The translations under genes were made by a program, and so were the position numbers. The notes under the pieces were generated by a model that was not told the origin of the DNA, did no database searches, and was given only the letters and a program-made list of their open reading frames with translations. This document shows, piece by piece, positions 35,082 to 45,542 of a DNA stretch of 64,000 bases. This DNA comes from a candidate division Zixibacteria bacterium CG_4_9_14_3_um_filter_46_8 (GTDB lineage: Bacteria > Zixibacteria > MSB-5A5 > UM-FILTER-46-8). Where the stretch lies: the NCBI GenBank assembly GCA_002791595.1, contig PFXJ01000102.1, positions 8,896 through 72,895 on the forward strand. Reading direction: 5' to 3'. The stretch's first letter is position 1, and every line of letters starts with the position of its first letter.

Positions 35082-36815
35082 TTGCAGAGAATGAGGTGGA
35101 CCCAAACATACATACCAACATTACGTGAGGACCCTGCCGAAGCCGAATTGGCTTCTCATAAGCTTTTGGTCCGCGCCGGATTCATTCGGAAAGTAACTGC
35201 CGGCGTTTATAATTATTTGCCATTAATGCAGCGCGTACTGCTTAAAATCACTAATATCGTGCGTGAGGAGATGGACAGGTCCGGGGCGTTGGAGATTACG
35301 ATGCCGGTTCTCCATCCAGCCGAACTCTGGCAGGCATCAGGCAGGTGGGATATTGTAGGGAAAGAACAGATGCGCCTGAAAGATCGTCACAATCGTGATT
35401 TGTGCCTCGGCGGCACCCACGAGGAAATTATCACCGATATGGTAAAGGGGGAATTAAAATCATATCGCCAGCTTCCAAAGAATCTTTATCAGATTCAGGT
35501 TAAATTCCGCGATGAGATCCGTCCCCGCTTTGGCTTGATGCGGGGCCGAGAGTTCATCATGAAAGATGCTTATACTTTTGATGTCAATAATGCCGGCTTG
35601 GACAAAAGCTATGATATCATGGTCGATGCATATTTTCGGGTCTTCAGACGCTGTGGCTTCGATATCAAAAAGGTGGAAGGGGATACTGGTGCGATGGGAG
35701 GAACAGGCGCTCATGAGTTTATGGTCATTGTGGATACCGAAGGGGGCGAAAGCACCATTTTCCATTGTGATAAATGCGATTATGCCGCCACCGATGAAAA
35801 AGCAAAATTCAGGGAATCGAACTTGTCCGGGAATCCCGATGAAAATCAATTAGAAAGAAAGAGCGTTCATACCCCGGGTATGAAGACAGTTAAGGAAGTA
35901 ACCTCATTTCTTCAAGTTCCTGCATCCAAATTGGCCAAGACTTTATTATATCTCGCTGACGGCAAACCGGTGGTGGCCCTGATTCGTGGCGATCGTACTA
36001 TCAATGAAATCAAATTGAAAAATTACCTTGAGTGCAACCTATTGGAAATGGCAGATCCCGAAAACGTCAAGAGATTGACAGGAGCTGATGTAGGATTTGC
36101 GGGCCCGTGCGAATTGAGGGAAATCAAAATGGTGGCTGACTCCGAATTGATGCATATGAATAATATCGTTACCGGCGCCAACAAAAATGATTATCATTAT
36201 ATTAATGTGAATCAGCCGCGCGATTTCGAAGTCAAGGAGATCGTCGATATCAAGATGGCCCAAATTGGGGAGCATTGCCCTCGTTGCGACGCCGGAATCC
36301 TGAAATCCGATCGCGGCATTGAAGTGGGAAACACATTCAAATTGGGAACAAAATATTCTTCTTCCATCGGCGCCAGATTTATTGACATTGATGGTGAAGA
36401 AAAACCCTTCATTATGGGCTCTTATGGTATTGGAATCACTCGTACCGCCCAAGCCGCCGTTGAGCGATTCCATGATAACGATGGCATCATCTGGCCTAAA
36501 CCCCTTGCTCCTTATGAGATCGAGGTAATCTGCACGAATAGCTCCGATGAACACCAGCGTAAAACGTCATTTGATATCTACGATGCCCTTATTGAGCGAG
36601 GATGTGAGGTCTTAATTGATGACCGCGATGAAAGGGCGGGAGTCAAATTTAAAGATGCCGATTTGATTGGCATTCCTTTGCATATTGTAATAGGGGAGAG
36701 GGGTTTAAAAGAAGGGGTGGCGGAAATGAAGGTCAGGAGGACAGGTGATGTGATCAAGGTGAAAATTGAAGATGCGAGCAATAGAGCTATTGAGTTATTA
36801 GGGAAAATAAATTAG
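35082..36815 (+). CDS. proS: Prolyl-tRNA synthetase (bacterial type with an editing domain)
   Basis: 577 aa; class II aaRS motifs and ProRS-specific N-terminus (TQTYIPTLREDPAEAELASHKLLVRAGFIRKVTAGVYNYLPL); C-terminal anticodon-binding domain. Confidence 0.95.
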   Translation: MQRMRWTQTYIPTLREDPAEAELASHKLLVRAGFIRKVTAGVYNYLPLMQRVLLKITNIVREEMDRSGALEITMPVLHPAELWQASGRWDIVGKEQMRLKDRHNRDLCLGGTHEEIITDMVKGELKSYRQLPKNLYQIQVKFRDEIRPRFGLMRGREFIMKDAYTFDVNNAGLDKSYDIMVDAYFRVFRRCGFDIKKVEGDTGAMGGTGAHEFMVIVDTEGGESTIFHCDKCDYAATDEKAKFRESNLSGNPDENQLERKSVHTPGMKTVKEVTSFLQVPASKLAKTLLYLADGKPVVALIRGDRTINEIKLKNYLECNLLEMADPENVKRLTGADVGFAGPCELREIKMVADSELMHMNNIVTGANKNDYHYINVNQPRDFEVKEIVDIKMAQIGEHCPRCDAGILKSDRGIEVGNTFKLGTKYSSSIGARFIDIDGEEKPFIMGSYGIGITRTAQAAVERFHDNDGIIWPKPLAPYEIEVICTNSSDEHQRKTSFDIYDALIERGCEVLIDDRDERAGVKFKDADLIGIPLHIVIGERGLKEGVAEMKVRRTGDVIKVKIEDASNRAIELLGKIN

Positions 36816-36965
36816 GAATCATTTTCAGTTGGATACCAAAAATAAAACTTGCCAAAGTCTTTCGGCCATAATAAATTTACGAAACGATGTTGCCGGCCTA
36901 TTGGGCGATAGGTCGTTGGGCAAGCTGAGAAGGGAAAATAATAAGATTAATTAAGGAGATATGCT

Positions 36966-38432
36966 GTGATGAGATTATTGCGATTGGTTTTTGTAACAGC
37001 GATGATTCTGTCCATCCCCTCGATGCTATGGGGTCAATGGCATTATCAGCAGCAGTTTTTTGACGGAACCGGCGTTAATTTCAATCCCCAGGGATCCTCC
37101 ACCCGAGCCAGAGGAATGGGCAATGCCTACCTCGCTTTATCGGATGATGCCGCCGGGGCCACTTGGAATCCGGCAGGCGCCGCCTTTATGAAAAAAAATC
37201 AGGCTAATATCGAATTTATGTCCAATGCTTCTACCTACGATGTCAAATCGACTCTCAATGGCCAGAATTATTCTTATGATACTAAGGATAACATTTTCAG
37301 CAGTTTTGGTTATGTTTCCCCATTGCGCTTTTATCATCGGGATTTCGCCCTGGGCGTAAATTACTATCGAATGATCGATCTAACCAAGGAATACAATATT
37401 AATTTCTCCGACAGCGCTGGCTATCCGATTCGCACCGAGAAATATTTCATGGATTTCGGGCTGGATGCCGTCAAGCTAACTGCGGCCACTCAAATCATAC
37501 CAGAGCTCTCTTTCGGAATCAATGGGAATGTCTATATTAGAGGGTTCACAGAAGATTACCGGCAGATTTATCCGTCATTCGACTGGATTGTGGGCAATGA
37601 CACAGCCGCCGTTCTTTTTCACGCGCGTAACAAAGCTTCTTTCAGCGGTATCAATTTTGATTTCGGGTTGCAGGGCCGTAGCGGCGGGCTGAGCATTGGT
37701 GCAGTGGTTTCCACTCCATTTAAGTTGCGCCAAGAGGCCAGTATAACTAATGCAGTTGTAATCCCTGATTATGGCGAGATAGGCAACATTATTGATAACA
37801 CCCATATCAATGTCGATTTCCCGTTAGGTATTTCTGGTGGAGCCGCTTATGGCATTGATAAGGCGACCATCGCCGCTGATTTTTCGTTTTACAAGTTCTC
37901 TAAATCAAGAAATACTATGCATCCGTACTTTGCGGATCCTCTTTATCAGTATTCTTTTGATCCGTCAGTTCCGAATGTTGAGGTTGACCCTCAATGGAAA
38001 GACATCCTTCAATTGCGGGTCGGGGCTGAGTATTTATTCGATATCAGCAGCTTAACCATCCCCGTGAGAGCCGGTTATCGCACTGATCCGAAGGTTTATA
38101 GCGATGGAACCATATTTTATTTCGACATAGCGAATCAGCCCCCGCTTCTTTTACCGCCGGGATATGAGACAACTTATGGCCACACTGAGTTTAATGGCGA
38201 TCAGGTAAAGGGTTATATCATCTCATTAGGAACTGGCATGAAATATAAAACCTACAACCTTGATATATCTTATGAATACGGAAGGGCTGAGCGGGAACTG
38301 AGACGAAGATTCGTGGAAGTTACTGATTTCGTGGATAACCAATTCGTAGAGGGCCAGATAACTAAAGACGAAATTCAAACTATTAAGGAAAATACCAGTA
38401 GGCTTAATCTTTCGATTTCCATGTCATTTTAG
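36966..38432 (+). CDS. Outer-membrane beta-barrel protein, FadL/PorV-like
   Basis: Signal peptide; N-terminal motif ARGMGNAYLALSDDAAGATWNPAG as in FadL/TodX/PorV-type barrels; C-terminal aromatic residue (...ISMSF). Confidence 0.5.
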   Translation: MMRLLRLVFVTAMILSIPSMLWGQWHYQQQFFDGTGVNFNPQGSSTRARGMGNAYLALSDDAAGATWNPAGAAFMKKNQANIEFMSNASTYDVKSTLNGQNYSYDTKDNIFSSFGYVSPLRFYHRDFALGVNYYRMIDLTKEYNINFSDSAGYPIRTEKYFMDFGLDAVKLTAATQIIPELSFGINGNVYIRGFTEDYRQIYPSFDWIVGNDTAAVLFHARNKASFSGINFDFGLQGRSGGLSIGAVVSTPFKLRQEASITNAVVIPDYGEIGNIIDNTHINVDFPLGISGGAAYGIDKATIAADFSFYKFSKSRNTMHPYFADPLYQYSFDPSVPNVEVDPQWKDILQLRVGAEYLFDISSLTIPVRAGYRTDPKVYSDGTIFYFDIANQPPLLLPPGYETTYGHTEFNGDQVKGYIISLGTGMKYKTYNLDISYEYGRAERELRRRFVEVTDFVDNQFVEGQITKDEIQTIKENTSRLNLSISMSF

Positions 38433-38459
38433 CAAGCCGTTGATCAATCCGATAATAAT

Positions 38460-38487
38460 GAGGCGGAACCGGTGTTTCGCCTCTTTT
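38460..38487 (+). terminator. Rho-independent terminator after the OMP gene
   Basis: GAGGCG-gaaccggtgttt-CGCCTC followed by TTTT. Confidence 0.7.
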
Positions 38488-38545
38488 CCATAAAAAATAC
38501 ATCGAGTTCAGCATTCAGTTCGCAGTAGGAGAAAACGAGAAATCA

Positions 38546-39229
38546 ATGAGTCCGTATAAGAGAATCACCCGTAAGGAAATCAAGAAAGATAGGCTGGTTA
38601 CTACAACTTTCCAAGCCACCGAATACATACAAAAACATAAGCAACCGTTTATCATAGGGATTGCGGCCATTGCGGCGGCTGTCCTGCTCGCTTATTTTTT
38701 CTATGGCTCGAAAGAGGGCAAGAAAACTGATGCAGTTGAGCAATTGGGGATGGGCGATTTATCTCTAGCCTCGGGAGATTATAATACTGCGATCGCTGAA
38801 TATGAGGAGACTGTATCGAAATATGGTTCCACCATAAGCGGCCGCAAGGCATATATACTCCTGGGCAAAACCTATAATAATGTTGGTAATTACCAGAAGG
38901 CTAAGGAGATTTTTCAAGAATATCTAAATAAGTTTGGAGATGGCAAACCTGCCTTACTTCATAGATCGGCATTGGTCGGTCTGGCGGTTGCTTTGCGCAA
39001 TCTGGATGAAAAAGGGGAGGCCGCCCAGAATTACGAAAAAGCCATTAAGGCGGATGCTTCCAAAGAGGAGACCGCTTATTTATTGTTTGATGCCGCCAAA
39101 TGCTATCGGGAATCTGGGAATAATGAGAAAGCGCTTGAGCTTTACCGCCGAATAAAAGATGAATATCAATTTACCGTCTATATGTCGAAAGCTGAAAGGG
39201 AGATATCAAACATCCTGATTCAGGAATAG
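38546..39229 (+). CDS. YfgM-like protein (N-terminal TM anchor plus TPR domain)
   Basis: Basic N-terminus, one TM (FIIGIAAIAAAVLLAYFFY), then TPR-like repeats (ILLGKTYNNVGNYQKAKEIFQEYL...). Confidence 0.45.
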   Translation: MSPYKRITRKEIKKDRLVTTTFQATEYIQKHKQPFIIGIAAIAAAVLLAYFFYGSKEGKKTDAVEQLGMGDLSLASGDYNTAIAEYEETVSKYGSTISGRKAYILLGKTYNNVGNYQKAKEIFQEYLNKFGDGKPALLHRSALVGLAVALRNLDEKGEAAQNYEKAIKADASKEETAYLLFDAAKCYRESGNNEKALELYRRIKDEYQFTVYMSKAEREISNILIQE

Positions 39230-39242
39230 TTGATCTGCCAAA

Positions 39243-41414
39243 GTGTCCCTCCCATCAAGAAATGATAAGTTGCATATCGCCTTTGTCTGGCATATGCACC
39301 AACCCTACTATCGAAATCTAAGAGATGCTAATTTCCAGATGCCATGGGTGAGGCTCCACGGCGTTAAAGACTATCTTGATATGGTGGCAATTCTGGATGA
39401 ATTCCCCGATATCAAACAGACCTTTAACTTGGTTCCTTCTTTACTCGAGCAAATCGAGGAATATACATCAGGCAAAGCCACAGACCGAAGCTTCGAGCTC
39501 AGCAGAATACCTGCCGCGGAATTAACTCAATCTGAAAAAAATGAAATTCTGAATAGTTTCTTCTCAGCGCATTATCCAACGATGATTCAGCCTTATCGTC
39601 GGTATCGGCGCCTGAAAGAAATCACCTCCAAGGGATTTAAGGCGCTTTCGATTCAGGATTTCCTGGACTTACAAGTTTGGTTCAATTTGAGCTGGATCGA
39701 TCCCATCTTCAGAAATGAGACTCCTATTTCAGACCTTTTCAAGAAAGGGGAAGGGTTCAAGGAAGAAGAGAAGCTGAGTTTGCTGGGAAAGCACATTGAA
39801 ATCCTGAAAAGAATTATTCCCAAATACCGCCAAGTCCAAGACCGTGGGCAGATCGAGATTTCTGTGACCCCCTTCTATCACCCAATACTGCCCTTATTGT
39901 GCGACACCGACATAGCCAAGAAGTCAAATCCTGGAATCATACTTCCTACGAATAGATTTAGCCACCCTGAGGATGCGGCATATCAGATCAATTCCGCAAT
40001 CGAATATTATGCACATCATTTCGACCGCAAGCCTCGCGGTATGTGGCCCTCGGAGGGTTCAGTTTCGCCCGATATTATCCCCATCATTGCTGAGGCGGGC
40101 ATAGAATGGATTGCTACTGACGAAGAAATTTTGGCCAGCAGCCTCGGAAAACCCACTGATCGGAACAATCGTCAGAATGTCTCCACCTCCGGTGATTTGT
40201 ATCAGCCATATATCATCGAATTAGAAGATTATAAATTGGCGATGATTTTCAGGGATCACGCCCTTTCAGATAGACTGGGCTTCGTATATGCCAACTGGGA
40301 TCCGAAGCAAGCCGCCCAGGATTTTGTCAATAAGCTAATCGGAATCAGACAGCATCTAAAGAATATAAAGTCTCCCGGCCGATTGGTTCCAGTCATCCTT
40401 GATGGCGAAAATGCCTGGGAGTATTATGCTGATGACGGGCATGAATTTTTCCACCATCTATATTCTCTTCTCAGCGATCATCCTGAATTGCAAACAACCA
40501 CCGTTTCCGATTATCTCCGAGAATGCGAATCTAGAACTAAATTAGTCCGTCTTTTCCCCGGCTCATGGATCAATCATAATTTCAATATCTGGATTGGTCA
40601 TGAGGAAGATAATTTGGCGTGGGACCTGCTCCACAAGGCGCGTAAGATGCTCGTAGAATTCCAAAATAGCGAAGAAGGCCAGGCTATTGACCCGGAGAAA
40701 TTAAAAATCGCATGGAAAGAGATCTATATCGCTGAAGGTTCGGACTGGTGCTGGTGGTTTGGTGATGAGCATCAGGGTCAGAATAATGAGCATTTTGATT
40801 CACTTTTCCGCTCAAATCTAATGTACATTTATGAGCTATTGGGCAAGGATATTCCCGCCGAACTACTTAAACCTGTCCGCTCCAACTTCTTAAGCTCCAA
40901 TCTCACCCAGCCAACCGATTTTTTCACTCCTATTATCGATGGCAAAAATAGCAGTTTTTATGAATGGTATTCTGCCGGTTATTATGATTGTATAAAGGCC
41001 GGAAGCACTATGCACCGTGCTATCCACCACACCAAGGGCATTCATTTCGGTTTTGATGAAACCAACATATACATTCGCATAGATCCTGATCCGACGACAG
41101 ACAGAAGCATTTTCCTTGAAACCGATTTTCTCATAGAGTTCTTAGGGCCCAGCCGATTGCTAATCAACATCAATAGAGCCAAAAATATCTCCAAGATAGA
41201 AGGCTCATCTAAGGGTCAGCGTGAAATCATCGCGGTCATTGAATCATTCCTGGAAATGCAGATCCCTATCAATCTTTTCCCAGATAAAGATATTTTTCAA
41301 TTTGACTTTCGACTTATGGTATCGCATAATGGAGAACATCTGGAAACTTGGCCTCCAGCGGAAGTTATCTCAATGAAGCTCCCAAAGGCCAAGGCAGAAT
41401 CTATATTTTGGTAG
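39243..41414 (+). CDS. Glycoside hydrolase family 57 enzyme (alpha-amylase or 4-alpha-glucanotransferase type)
   Basis: GH57 N-terminal signature LHIAFVWHMHQPYYRN; length 723 aa typical of GH57 enzymes. Confidence 0.85.
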   Translation: MSLPSRNDKLHIAFVWHMHQPYYRNLRDANFQMPWVRLHGVKDYLDMVAILDEFPDIKQTFNLVPSLLEQIEEYTSGKATDRSFELSRIPAAELTQSEKNEILNSFFSAHYPTMIQPYRRYRRLKEITSKGFKALSIQDFLDLQVWFNLSWIDPIFRNETPISDLFKKGEGFKEEEKLSLLGKHIEILKRIIPKYRQVQDRGQIEISVTPFYHPILPLLCDTDIAKKSNPGIILPTNRFSHPEDAAYQINSAIEYYAHHFDRKPRGMWPSEGSVSPDIIPIIAEAGIEWIATDEEILASSLGKPTDRNNRQNVSTSGDLYQPYIIELEDYKLAMIFRDHALSDRLGFVYANWDPKQAAQDFVNKLIGIRQHLKNIKSPGRLVPVILDGENAWEYYADDGHEFFHHLYSLLSDHPELQTTTVSDYLRECESRTKLVRLFPGSWINHNFNIWIGHEEDNLAWDLLHKARKMLVEFQNSEEGQAIDPEKLKIAWKEIYIAEGSDWCWWFGDEHQGQNNEHFDSLFRSNLMYIYELLGKDIPAELLKPVRSNFLSSNLTQPTDFFTPIIDGKNSSFYEWYSAGYYDCIKAGSTMHRAIHHTKGIHFGFDETNIYIRIDPDPTTDRSIFLETDFLIEFLGPSRLLININRAKNISKIEGSSKGQREIIAVIESFLEMQIPINLFPDKDIFQFDFRLMVSHNGEHLETWPPAEVISMKLPKAKAESIFW

Positions 41415-41438
41415 AAACCGTCAGTATAGGTTAATTTT

Positions 41439-41813
41439 ATGGATGATTCGACAAATCAGCAAAATGTAAAAGCGCCGCCGCAGGAACAAAAAGGTGAATA
41501 TGATGAACTTCGTGAAATAGAAGAAGGCAAGGCAGGCGCCATTTTGGGATATATTCCTTTCCTTTGTTTTATTCCGCTGATAATGATGAAGGACAACAAA
41601 TTTGCCGTCAAACACGGCAAGCAAGGATTGTTGCTACTGCTGATGGAATTATTGGCTTTTATTTTTCTCTTCCCGGGTATCTCCTCTTTTTTCTGGAGAA
41701 TGATCTTGATTCTTTGTGCAATCGCCGCTTTCATAGGCATTCTCAATAGTCTTCAGGGAAAAGAATATCGAATACCCTATATATCCGATATTACGGACAA
41801 ATTCAACTTCTAA
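41439..41813 (+). CDS. Small integral membrane protein (DUF4870-like)
   Basis: Polar N-terminus then motif AILGYIPFLCFIPLIMMKDNKFAVKHGKQGLLLLL with several TM helices. Confidence 0.4.
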   Translation: MDDSTNQQNVKAPPQEQKGEYDELREIEEGKAGAILGYIPFLCFIPLIMMKDNKFAVKHGKQGLLLLLMELLAFIFLFPGISSFFWRMILILCAIAAFIGILNSLQGKEYRIPYISDITDKFNF

Positions 41814-41935
41814 CTGTTTCTTCCATAATTTGACAGCTATATAGAAACTTAGACGACCCCTCCGTTGAGGATTGTTGAAAATGCTGGGCGGCCATTGAAA
41901 AGGGAAGCGCTTCAAAAAATTTCCTTTCTTTCTCT

Positions 41936-42057
41936 CCTTCTCCCATTAATTGGGAGAAGGAGTCGGAGGATAAGGGAGCTTATGGGGTTAGGCCTTCATC
42001 GGTCCCCGCTTTAGGCGGGCCACCCTACCACAGGCGGGCAAGCTTCTCCCGATGAAG
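41936..42057. repeat. Structured intergenic repeat element, copy 1 (hairpin-rich, ~120 bp)
   Basis: ~80% identical to 62687..62808; 10-bp perfect hairpin ccttctccca-ttaat-tgggagaagg; conserved core gagtcggaggatRagggagctt; long-range inverted repeat cttcatcgg/ccgatgaag. Confidence 0.7.
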
Positions 42058-42288
42058 CTGGAGATGGTTTAGATCATTTTTCGCGTTTTCTGGCTTTTTC
42101 ATCAAGCACGATGGGGAGGAGGATCGTCACGCCATCTTTAGCGTAGTTCGTATTCAAAACGATAACATCCCATAAGATATATTATGTATACTATTATTGC
42201 CAGCAATCCTAATCTTTCGACTAAAATCACCAATACGCTAAAATGGATGTTCATCGAGTTCTAATTTAGATGAAGCTATCTTAACCCT

Positions 42289-43272
42289 TTACTTTGAAGC
42301 TTTTAGGGTCTCATATACTTCATTCAACACCATCTCTGGTTTTAGATCTTCCATACAGAACCGTCGCGGCTGGTAGCATGGCTTTTCACCATGCAGACTG
42401 CAAGGTGAGCATTCAGCAAATATTGAGATTAATCTATCTTTTGAGCCCAATGGATAAAAGCCCAAAGCCGGATGTGTCGGCCCAAAAATCGCGATTACCG
42501 GGATCGAAAGGGCTACTGCAATATGCATTGGACCGGTATCACCGGAGATTACCAGGTCACAGTTATAAATCAAATCTATTAACTTATCCAAGGTCGGCCG
42601 CGAATGGATTTTGACTGCAGAACTATGTCTGAGTGCTTCGTATGAGGTATCGTCAGATTCGTCACAGATAATTATAAGTTGCAAGCCCTTGAGTAACAAA
42701 TCGTTGGAAAGAGCGATGAAATACTCAGACGGCCATCTCTTGGCTTTATGTTTAGTGGAAGTAACAATTCCGACGGTTGGAGAGGTTGAATTACGGGTGA
42801 TTTTGGTTTTGTCCAACTCAGGCTTTGTATATAATGTATTACTTGAAATGGTCTTGATGGTGGCATTATATAGATCAACCGTATGTTTAAATGGTGGGTG
42901 CTTATCCCCTGCCTTCAAATATGTTTTACGCCTTTTTCGCTCGCTGTCGTAAACTATAACTTCCTTAAAGCCACAGAGATCCCTGATGATGCGGCTCCGA
43001 AGATTATTATGCAGGTCTATGACCAAATCGAAATGCTCCTTTTTGAGGCAAAGAATATACTTAAGGAATGCGATTAAGGAGCCGGTCGGTAAGAGGATAG
43101 CACGGCTCACGCCAATCACCAATTGAGCAATTGCGTCATATTCCGCCTTGGTGGTCAGGATTATTTCGGCCTGAGGGAATGAGTTCCTCAAATTCCGAAT
43201 GGTACCCGATGTCAGGATTAAATCTCCCAATGAACTAAATCGGATCACCAGGATCTTTTCGGGGATTTCCAT
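42289..43272 (-). CDS. Glycosyltransferase family 9 (ADP-heptose:LPS heptosyltransferase-like)
   Basis: N-terminus ILVIRFSSLGDLILTSGTIRNLR and C-terminus ISGDTGPMHIAVALSIPVIAIFGPT are GT9 hallmarks. Confidence 0.8.
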   Translation of the reverse strand: MEIPEKILVIRFSSLGDLILTSGTIRNLRNSFPQAEIILTTKAEYDAIAQLVIGVSRAILLPTGSLIAFLKYILCLKKEHFDLVIDLHNNLRSRIIRDLCGFKEVIVYDSERKRRKTYLKAGDKHPPFKHTVDLYNATIKTISSNTLYTKPELDKTKITRNSTSPTVGIVTSTKHKAKRWPSEYFIALSNDLLLKGLQLIIICDESDDTSYEALRHSSAVKIHSRPTLDKLIDLIYNCDLVISGDTGPMHIAVALSIPVIAIFGPTHPALGFYPLGSKDRLISIFAECSPCSLHGEKPCYQPRRFCMEDLKPEMVLNEVYETLKASK

Positions 43273-43278
43273 TGTCTT

Positions 43279-44085
43279 CTATACAAATATGAGAACGGCG
43301 GTCCCGATTAAAAAACAATATATTCCAAAATAGAAAAATTTGCCCTTTTGAACCATCCGGAGGAGCAAGGAGATGCTTAAATATCCGATGATGAATGAAG
43401 TAATGGCGCCTACTGCATAATTGAGTATCTCATCCGCTGGAGGAACCGCGGCCAGCACCGTTTTCGTTTTTAAAACAGTGGCCCCAGCCACGGCCGGAAT
43501 TGACAGCAAAAAGGAAAAATCGGCGGCACTCTTGGGATTTATTTTTCGGAAAAGCCCCATAGAGATAGTTGTCCCTGAGCGTGACAAACCTGGCGCAATA
43601 GCAAAAGCTTGAGCGATCCCAATCAAGATAGCGTCTGTGAGCCGCAGTTTTCGATTTCCAGTTCGAACCCATTTAGTTGAAATGAGCAGCAAACCGCAGA
43701 ATAGCAAAATACAACCTACCAGCCGAATACTTTTGAATGCCGTGGTAATATAATCTTCAAATAAAAGCCCCATTATGCCGGCTGGGATTGTTGCTATAAT
43801 GATGTACCAAACCCATGCCGGTGATATATCTGAATCGCTTGGCGAGGCGGTGCCGCGGCGCGTGGAGTTATTCATTATATCTGAAAAGACGCTTGCTATT
43901 TGATGGCGATAATAAATTATCACTGAAAGTAGAGTGCCCGTATGCGCAAAAACATCAAAATTGATGCTGTCGAGGGAAGTACCAAGCAGATGCTCGAAAA
44001 TAACGAGATGCCCTGAACTTGATACTGGAAGAAATTCAGTTAAGCCCTGCACGATCCCAAGAATAATCGCCTGCAAGAAACTCAA
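43279..44085 (-). CDS. uppP: Undecaprenyl-diphosphate phosphatase UppP/BacA
   Basis: MSFLQAIILGIVQGLTEFLPVSSSGHL... canonical BacA N-terminus; polytopic membrane protein. Confidence 0.9.
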   Translation of the reverse strand: MSFLQAIILGIVQGLTEFLPVSSSGHLVIFEHLLGTSLDSINFDVFAHTGTLLSVIIYYRHQIASVFSDIMNNSTRRGTASPSDSDISPAWVWYIIIATIPAGIMGLLFEDYITTAFKSIRLVGCILLFCGLLLISTKWVRTGNRKLRLTDAILIGIAQAFAIAPGLSRSGTTISMGLFRKINPKSAADFSFLLSIPAVAGATVLKTKTVLAAVPPADEILNYAVGAITSFIIGYLSISLLLRMVQKGKFFYFGIYCFLIGTAVLIFV

Positions 44086-44103
44086 AAATGCCTCATGTAT
44101 TTA

Positions 44104-44769
44104 TTACTTGATATAATTAATCCCAGCAATGAATCCAAAAAATCCATTTTCTAATTGAAGTTCCGCGATAATTGAGGAGTTGTTATTGAGTGAAAATTGG
44201 GCGCCGAGGTTTAGCCCTAAATCAAAATCGGAATCCGAGGTTCCCTTTTCATGGAGTCCATGCTGATCCCAATGAGTATTTTGGACATGAAATGCCATCC
44301 TTGAGTAGGGGGTGATCAGCTTCCCGGAAGAGCTTTGTAATCTGAATGAGCCGATGATACTCCCGCTTAAAGAATACAGATGATAATTTGATGCTTGAGC
44401 TGTTTCCAACCCGATTCCTGATGAAAGATCAAACTGATCACCTGCCGCCGCATTGAGTATCCGATACTTGATATTGCCTCCGAAAACAATGCCAGCCTCA
44501 TCCTCTTCGCCGATATCAGCGGAGAAACCCCCAAACTGAAATCCTCCGTCAAGAAAATTCGTGAATCCATATCTGTATTGAGTCATCGCCACAATAGTGA
44601 CTTTCTCATAAAAGCCAAGATATCCTCCGAATAACCGTCTCTTCGGCTGAAGATTCTCGGCTGTGGTCAGTTGCCCTATGAACTGGGCTGGCACTTCCGA
44701 GGGTAATGCGAAGAGGAGCATTGCGATAATCGATAGGCGGCGCAACAAAGTCATTACATTCATTGGCAA
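44104..44769 (-). CDS. Predicted outer-membrane beta-barrel protein (hypothetical)
   Basis: Signal peptide ...ALPSEVPAQ; alternating amphipathic pattern; C-terminal aromatic-x-aromatic (GINYIK); tandem with a similar gene. Confidence 0.4.
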   Translation of the reverse strand: MPMNVMTLLRRLSIIAMLLFALPSEVPAQFIGQLTTAENLQPKRRLFGGYLGFYEKVTIVAMTQYRYGFTNFLDGGFQFGGFSADIGEEDEAGIVFGGNIKYRILNAAAGDQFDLSSGIGLETAQASNYHLYSLSGSIIGSFRLQSSSGKLITPYSRMAFHVQNTHWDQHGLHEKGTSDSDFDLGLNLGAQFSLNNNSSIIAELQLENGFFGFIAGINYIK

Positions 44770-45420
44770 CTATGGCAAATTAATTGTCGCTCCCACCAGA
44801 ATAGTGCTGTATTTTGTGGCTACATCTTTAGTGCTTATATAGGTATATCGATATTGGGCAAAAAACTCCAAAGGAAACATCGGAGGATGGATTTTGGCTC
44901 CGAGCAAACCGTGATAGCCCATTTTGGTAGCGTCAGCCGGAACGATAAGCCCTGAACCTCCGGGCTTTTCAATGGAATAAGCGAGTTTATGCGTGCCCAG
45001 ACCAGCGCCGATGTATGGCGTAATCATCGGAGTCGGCACAAATGATATGTTATAAATCCCGGTGGCTGAGATGGAGAAATCCGATATCTTGAATTGGTAT
45101 CCGGAATAAAGGTCCATCTTCTTCCAGGCATATTCCGCCGCTACTTCCAGGTCAATCATTGGCAAAGTTCCGATCTTCACATGCCCGCCGACCATGGTCA
45201 TTTTATCGTCCATCTTGGCGGTGAATCCCGAAGCATCGGCGAAGGTATTTATGGCATCCTCAACGGCGCCAGTATCAAGGCCGGTTATGTATCCGGCTCT
45301 CACGCCGAAACCAAGTCCCGTAATCGCAAAAACATTGCCAGCGATAAGCAGAATCGATAGCGTTGCCAATACCACTGCTCTCATCTCAAAAACCTCCTGT
45401 GCCAAGATTAAATTTAACAT
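44770..45420 (-). CDS. Predicted outer-membrane beta-barrel protein (hypothetical; OmpW/OmpA-like barrel size)
   Basis: Signal peptide ...AGNVFA; Gly/aromatic-rich beta-strand pattern; adjacent paralog-like gene. Confidence 0.4.
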   Translation of the reverse strand: MLNLILAQEVFEMRAVVLATLSILLIAGNVFAITGLGFGVRAGYITGLDTGAVEDAINTFADASGFTAKMDDKMTMVGGHVKIGTLPMIDLEVAAEYAWKKMDLYSGYQFKISDFSISATGIYNISFVPTPMITPYIGAGLGTHKLAYSIEKPGGSGLIVPADATKMGYHGLLGAKIHPPMFPLEFFAQYRYTYISTKDVATKYSTILVGATINLP

Positions 45421-45542
45421 TATCCGACATAATTTATGTCAGGTTAATCAGGTTCCAACTTATCCTATCAATAATATAATGTCAAGAGCAAATCATAACC
45501 CGAAATCTTATTATGGAGTTCGGGCTGGATGATTTGGAGTAA

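Noticed and set aside
36039-36554. 171-aa minus-strand ORF
   Set aside because: Antisense within proS, which is unambiguous on the + strand.
42294-42952. Plus-strand ORFs (106 and 113 aa) overlapping the GT9 gene
   Set aside because: The minus-strand GT9 heptosyltransferase has clear family motifs; the plus-strand ORFs have none.
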